Shown one piece after another: positions 27,001 to 64,000 of a DNA stretch of 64,000 bases. The stretch covers positions 63,612,001 through 63,676,000 of the forward strand of contig NC_043006.1 in NCBI RefSeq assembly GCF_006345805.1, read 5' to 3'. Made by a program: the position numbers and the translations under genes. The notes beneath the pieces are model-generated. The model searched no databases and was not told the DNA's origin. It saw only the letters and a program-made list of their open reading frames with translations. Source of the DNA: Octopus sinensis (Eukaryota). Positions within the stretch are counted from its first letter, which is position 1. Each line of letters begins with the position of its first letter.

Positions 27001-27688
27001 AAACAGGTGAAGTATTACCTTGATTGGAAACAGGTGAAGGGTTAGTTACAAGAAGGACACATCTGGCCGAAGAAAATCCACCTCAACAAATTCTGTCCAA
27101 TCCATGGAATCATGGAAAAGTGGTGATGACTTAGTTGGACAACGGATGGATCACAGAGGCATCATTATTGGGCTGTGCCTTGAGGAATCAGTTGGTGCTT
27201 TAATTCAACCCTAATTACAAATTATAACAAGAAGGATCAATTAGCAGAATAGCTAAATAAAACTTTTTGTGATAGTCATACTTCTCGAGTTTATGAGTTC
27301 AAATCCTACTGGAGCCGACTTTGCTTTATAATTATTATCATAGATTGTGGGACGAAGTTCAACAAGTCAAACAGGGAAAAGGTAATTTGTATGCACCACA
27401 CACCACCAAACTCTGTGGTCTTATGTTATTCTGCATTGGAATTATTATAATTTATAGAAAAAAATAAAGAGAGTGATGAAAGCCACATCTCCCTCACAGA
27501 TGATGATTTGTTTTGAAAACTACTCTGTTCAAATTTATTGCTTTTTTTTGTTTTTTGAAGTCAGAATGTTTTAGATAAATTTATTTTGTCATTGATTGGT
27601 CTGAACCATTTAACCCTGTAACATAAAATATTATTATAATTACATATATACATTATATATACATATATATATATATATACACACATAC

Positions 27689-27742
<54 letters not shown>

Positions 27743-27780
27743 CATATAAATATACATACATATACATATACATTTTATAT

Positions 27781-27822
<42 letters not shown>

Positions 27823-29017
27823 TACATATATACATATATATACATTATATATACACACACACACGTAATATATATGTTCATATATATGTGTTTTATATAT
27901 GTGTGTGTGTGTTATACATACATACATATATATACATATATACATATATATATACATACATATATATACATGCTTATAATAAATATATATAATATATTTA
28001 TTATTTAAATGCCAGTAACTCTGCAACAACAGCCAAATAGTAGATTTTGCATTGCTTACATGCAATAATAATTTCAAGCCAACGTAAAAAAATCCTTCCA
28101 GTTCAGACAAGCCCTCGGTTTTATCATTTCCCCTCCGATAACAGCCAAGCCAAAGTACGTGAAGCACAAAGAATCGTTAACAAGGGATTAAGAGACGTTC
28201 ATCTTCTCTCATTATCTTGTCTGACTCAAGAAATATTCTGTTATATAATTGATTGCTTAATTTTGATGAAGGGCAGGAGCCATTGTATAGAAAGAAAAGA
28301 AAGCATGAAGGAAAGGTGGGAGGGCGGTATAGTCAAATGAAATGCCTGCTAACCCCCAGAATATTACAGGTACTTCGTCATTATATTAAATGTACCCACT
28401 GTCGTTCATTATCTTAATAGAATTTGAAGCCAGAATCTAAAAGGAGATAAATAAAAATATAAAGGTAAAAAAAGAACTATCTCCACCATTCTATCAACAA
28501 TTTCTGCCGCTCCACATTTGCCCTATACACAAAACATTATTTCTTTCTTCATTCTTTCAAGTGAAATCATTTCTTTTTCTGAAGTTATTTAGCTTGAAGG
28601 CTTTTCACTTAAAACCTCTTCCTTTGAAGTGTTTCATCTGAAGTCATCCAGTTTGAAGGCCTTCAATTTAAAATCTTTTTCCTTTAAGTCCTTCAGGACG
28701 AAGTTTTTTTTCAGTATTTTTCTCTGAAGTCATTAATTTTAAGTCTTTCATCGTTATTACTCTGCTGTAGCTACTAAAGTTAACTCCCTTGAAGCCACTC
28801 TTGATGAAGTTAACTCCCCTTGAACTTTAGAAGTTAATCTTCCGAGGTTAACTCCCTTGAAGTTACTATTTCGACGGTCGTCTTGTCGCTTCTTCGTTCG
28901 TGATTTTTCTGTCGTTTCTTGTCGATTGTATTCCTGTATTGGTTCTGTTATAGATGTTGCTGTTGTTATTTTTACTGGTTCACCTCACTCTGTGTAGTGG
29001 AGTTCATACTGCAGAAG

Positions 29018-61177
<32,160 letters not shown>

Positions 61178-61217
61178 CTGTAAGACAAAAAAATAAGAAA
61201 AAATATGATAACATACG

Positions 61218-61600
61218 GGAGTGGCTGTGTGGTAAGTAGCTTGCTTCCCAACCACATGGTTCTGGGTTCAGTCCCACTGCATGGCATCATGAGCAAGTGT
61301 CTTCTACTATAGCCTTGGGCTGACCAAAGCCTTGTGAGAGGATTTCGTAGACGGAAACTGAAAGAAGCCTGTTGTATATATATGTACATATGTGTGTGTG
61401 TTTGTGTGTGTCTGTGTTTGTATCCTCACCATCGCTTGGCAACCGATGTTTGTGTGTTTACATCCCCGTCACTTAGCAGTTCAGCAAAAGAGTCCGATAG
61501 AATAAGTACTTGGCTTACAAAAAATAAGTCCTGGGGTCGAATTGTTTGACTAAAGGTGGTGCTCTAGCATGGCCTCAGTCAAATGACTGAAACAAATTAA
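61218..61600 (+). mobile_element. Family A SINE next to the 61177 acceptor
   Basis: Full head-to-tail copy. Confidence 0.85.
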
Positions 61601-62048
61601 ATAAAATAATACAAACATAATACATAATAGACAAAAGCACGAGCCTCTATGTGGTCAATTCAGTTGTTAGAAATAGCAGCCAAGTTTAATGTAATGTAAT
61701 CTGTAAAATAATTGTTTCAAGCATTTTAAATTTTGGCACAAGACTACTAATTTTTTTTGGGGGGGGAGTGTTTGTCAACTACATCGATTCCAGTACATGA
61801 CTGGTACTCGATTTTATCGACCAGAAGAAGATGAAAGGCAAAGTCAACCTTGGTAGTATTTGAACTTAGAACATGAAATCAAAAGAAATGCCACTTAGCA
61901 TTTTTGTCCAATGTGTTTATGATTGTGCCAGCTTGACACCTTAATAATAATGATAATAATAATCATAATAATAATGATTTCATTTATTTGCCACAAGGAC
62001 GAAGGATGAGGGGTGGACAATACAGAGACAGACATAAAGTGTGGGGGT

Positions 62049-62080
<32 letters not shown>

Positions 62081-63394
62081 TTAATGTCTATTGTCCATGC
62101 TGGTATGGGTTGGACGGTTTGACTGAGGTCTAGTGAGCCAGAAGGTTGCACCAGGCTCCAATCTGATCTGGCAGAGTTTCTACAGCTGGATGTCTTTCCT
62201 AATGCTAACCATTCAGAGTGTGGTGGGTGCTTTTTATGTGCTACCAGCACAGGAGCCAGTAAGGCGAGCCTGGCAATGATCACGTTCAGATGGTGCTTTT
62301 TAAGTGCCACTGGTACAAGAGCCAGTCAGAGGGTACTGGCATCAGTCACAATCGGTTGGTACTTTTTACATGCCACTAGCACCGGAGCCAGTAAGGCGGG
62401 CTTATGATAAAAAAAAATGAATAAATAAATAAAAATAACGTTTACACAGTATACACTGAAAAAGAAGGGACGTAGAAAAAAAAGGGGTGAGGATGATAGA
62501 GATGTGGCCCTCCTGATACAGGAGGACCTCTAGGGATAATCAAGGAACCCCACTGTCCAAGATTTCCCTGGAACCCTAAGAGCAAGTGCCCTCTCCAGTG
62601 CCTTCTCTCCAACTCACAGGTCTACACTTAGATGCATACCATCCACTTTTGCCATTTTTGCTGCCACAAGGGGCAGCCATTTTAGAAGGGGAGATGTGTC
62701 GATTACATTGAGCCGCAGTGTTCAACTGGTACTTAATTTATCCCAAAAGGATGAAAGGTAAAGTTGACCTCGATGGAATTTGAACTCAGAATATAGAGGT
62801 AGATAAAATACTTCTAGGCATTTTGCCTGGCATGCTAACAATTCCGCCAGCTTGCCACCTTAACAATAATGAAAATAATAATAATAATGATTATAAGCTT
62901 TTCTACTATAGGAACAAAGCCTGAAATTTTGGGGGAGGGGGCTAGTCGATTATATCGGCGCCAGTACATAACTGGTACTTATTTCATTGATCCCTAAAGA
63001 ATCCTTTCTACTATAGGCCAAGGCCTGAAATTTTGGGAGAAGGGGACCAGTCAATTACATTGACCTCAGTATGCAACTGGTACTTAGTATATCAACCCTG
63101 AAAGGATGGAAGACAAAGTTGACCTCAGCAGAATTTGAACCTACAACGTAAAGGGCTAGAAGAAATGTCGCTAAGCACTTTGTGTAGCATGGTAAATGCT
63201 ATAGGTACAAAACCTGAAATTTGAGGAGAGGGGTAGGGTTTGTTGGCTACTTGACCCCAAAGAGATAAAAGGTAAAGTCGATCTCAGTGGAATTTGAACT
63301 CGGAACATAAAAATAGACAAAATGCTTAGCAATATTTTGCCCAGCATAACTTTTCTATCAGCTTGCCGTTCTACATACAACATCACATCATTAT

Positions 63395-63750
63395 CATCAT
63401 CATCATTTAACGTCCATTGTCCATGCTGGTATGGGTTGGATGGTTTGACTGGGGCTGGTAAGCTGGAAGGCTGCACCAGACACCAGTCTGATCTGGTATG
63501 GTTTTCTACAGCTGGATAACTTTCCTAACACCAACCACTCTGAGAGTGTAATGGGTGCTTTTATGTGTCACCAGCATGGGTGCCATTTGCATGACACCAG
63601 TATCTGCCATGATTGCAATTTTGCTCAGCTTGATGGGTCTTCTTCTGAAGCAGGACATAATGCCAAAGGTCTCAGTCATTGCATCCCTCAGGCCCAACAC
63701 TTGAAAGGAACTCAGCCACCTTGCCTCCATGAGGCGCAACACTCAAAAGG
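63395..63750 (-). mobile_element. Family B (RTE 3' UTR) variant with only ~1.5 copies of the 42-bp unit
   Basis: The reverse complement is colinear with 7050-7430. Confidence 0.8.
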
Positions 63751-64000
63751 AACACATATAATAAATAAACAATCAATGAAAACAAGCCGTTATGTGGTTG
63801 ATTCACCAGCTAGAAATAGCAGCCAAATTTACATGGAATCACATCCTGTCATCTTAAAACAGGATTTGTAGGATAATGTGTTTTCTGAATGCAGAGGTGT
63901 CTGCTGCTAAAAGACCAAAACACCTAAATGCCTCTGGAAAATATCACTGAAGATGTGTCCAGGTACAATACAGGATGATGAAGAGAAGAAGCTGATAGGT

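Noticed and set aside
26985-27045. ~27-bp direct repeat (agtattaccttgattggaaacaggtga x2)
   Set aside because: Small slippage duplication within a SINE tail; no further structure.
61178-64000. Further upstream RECK exons (CC1-CC3)
   Set aside because: No Cys-Cys repeat exon with proper splice sites was found; the region is mostly SINE and LINE pieces.

Overview
Eukaryotic, AT-rich, repeat-dense genomic DNA. The SINE/LINE families and microsatellites suggest a coleoid cephalopod, probably Octopus (inference). One protein-coding gene is supported: RECK on the minus strand. I reconstructed 17 coding exons by hand (61177 down to the TGA at 29018-29020). All have AG/GT splice sites and compatible phases, totalling 2240 nt (about 745 aa). 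They cover the later cysteine-knot (CC) repeats, the Frizzled-like Cys-rich region, Kazal/EGF-like modules and the GPI signal. The 5' exons were not found and probably lie beyond the window. I found no convincing gene in 1-28,000, which is mostly tRNA-derived SINEs, RTE/CR1/RLE-type LINE fragments, Tc1/mariner and piggyBac-like remnants, and microsatellites. Main observations: (1) a 784-bp loop-less palindromic foldback element with an 8-bp TSD and Merlin-like ends in a RECK intron; (2) several hammerhead-ribozyme motifs, including a ~495-bp tandem duplication with one type I hammerhead per unit (retrozyme-like) and a complete minimal hammerhead on the RECK sense strand inside a 350-bp palindrome; (3) further long inverted repeats in RECK introns, which are candidate ADAR substrates; (4) RECK keeps the CC4 Pro/Trp pair used for Wnt7 signalling in vertebrates but appears to lack one conserved Cys. 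Exon coordinates were counted by hand; repeat boundaries are approximate.
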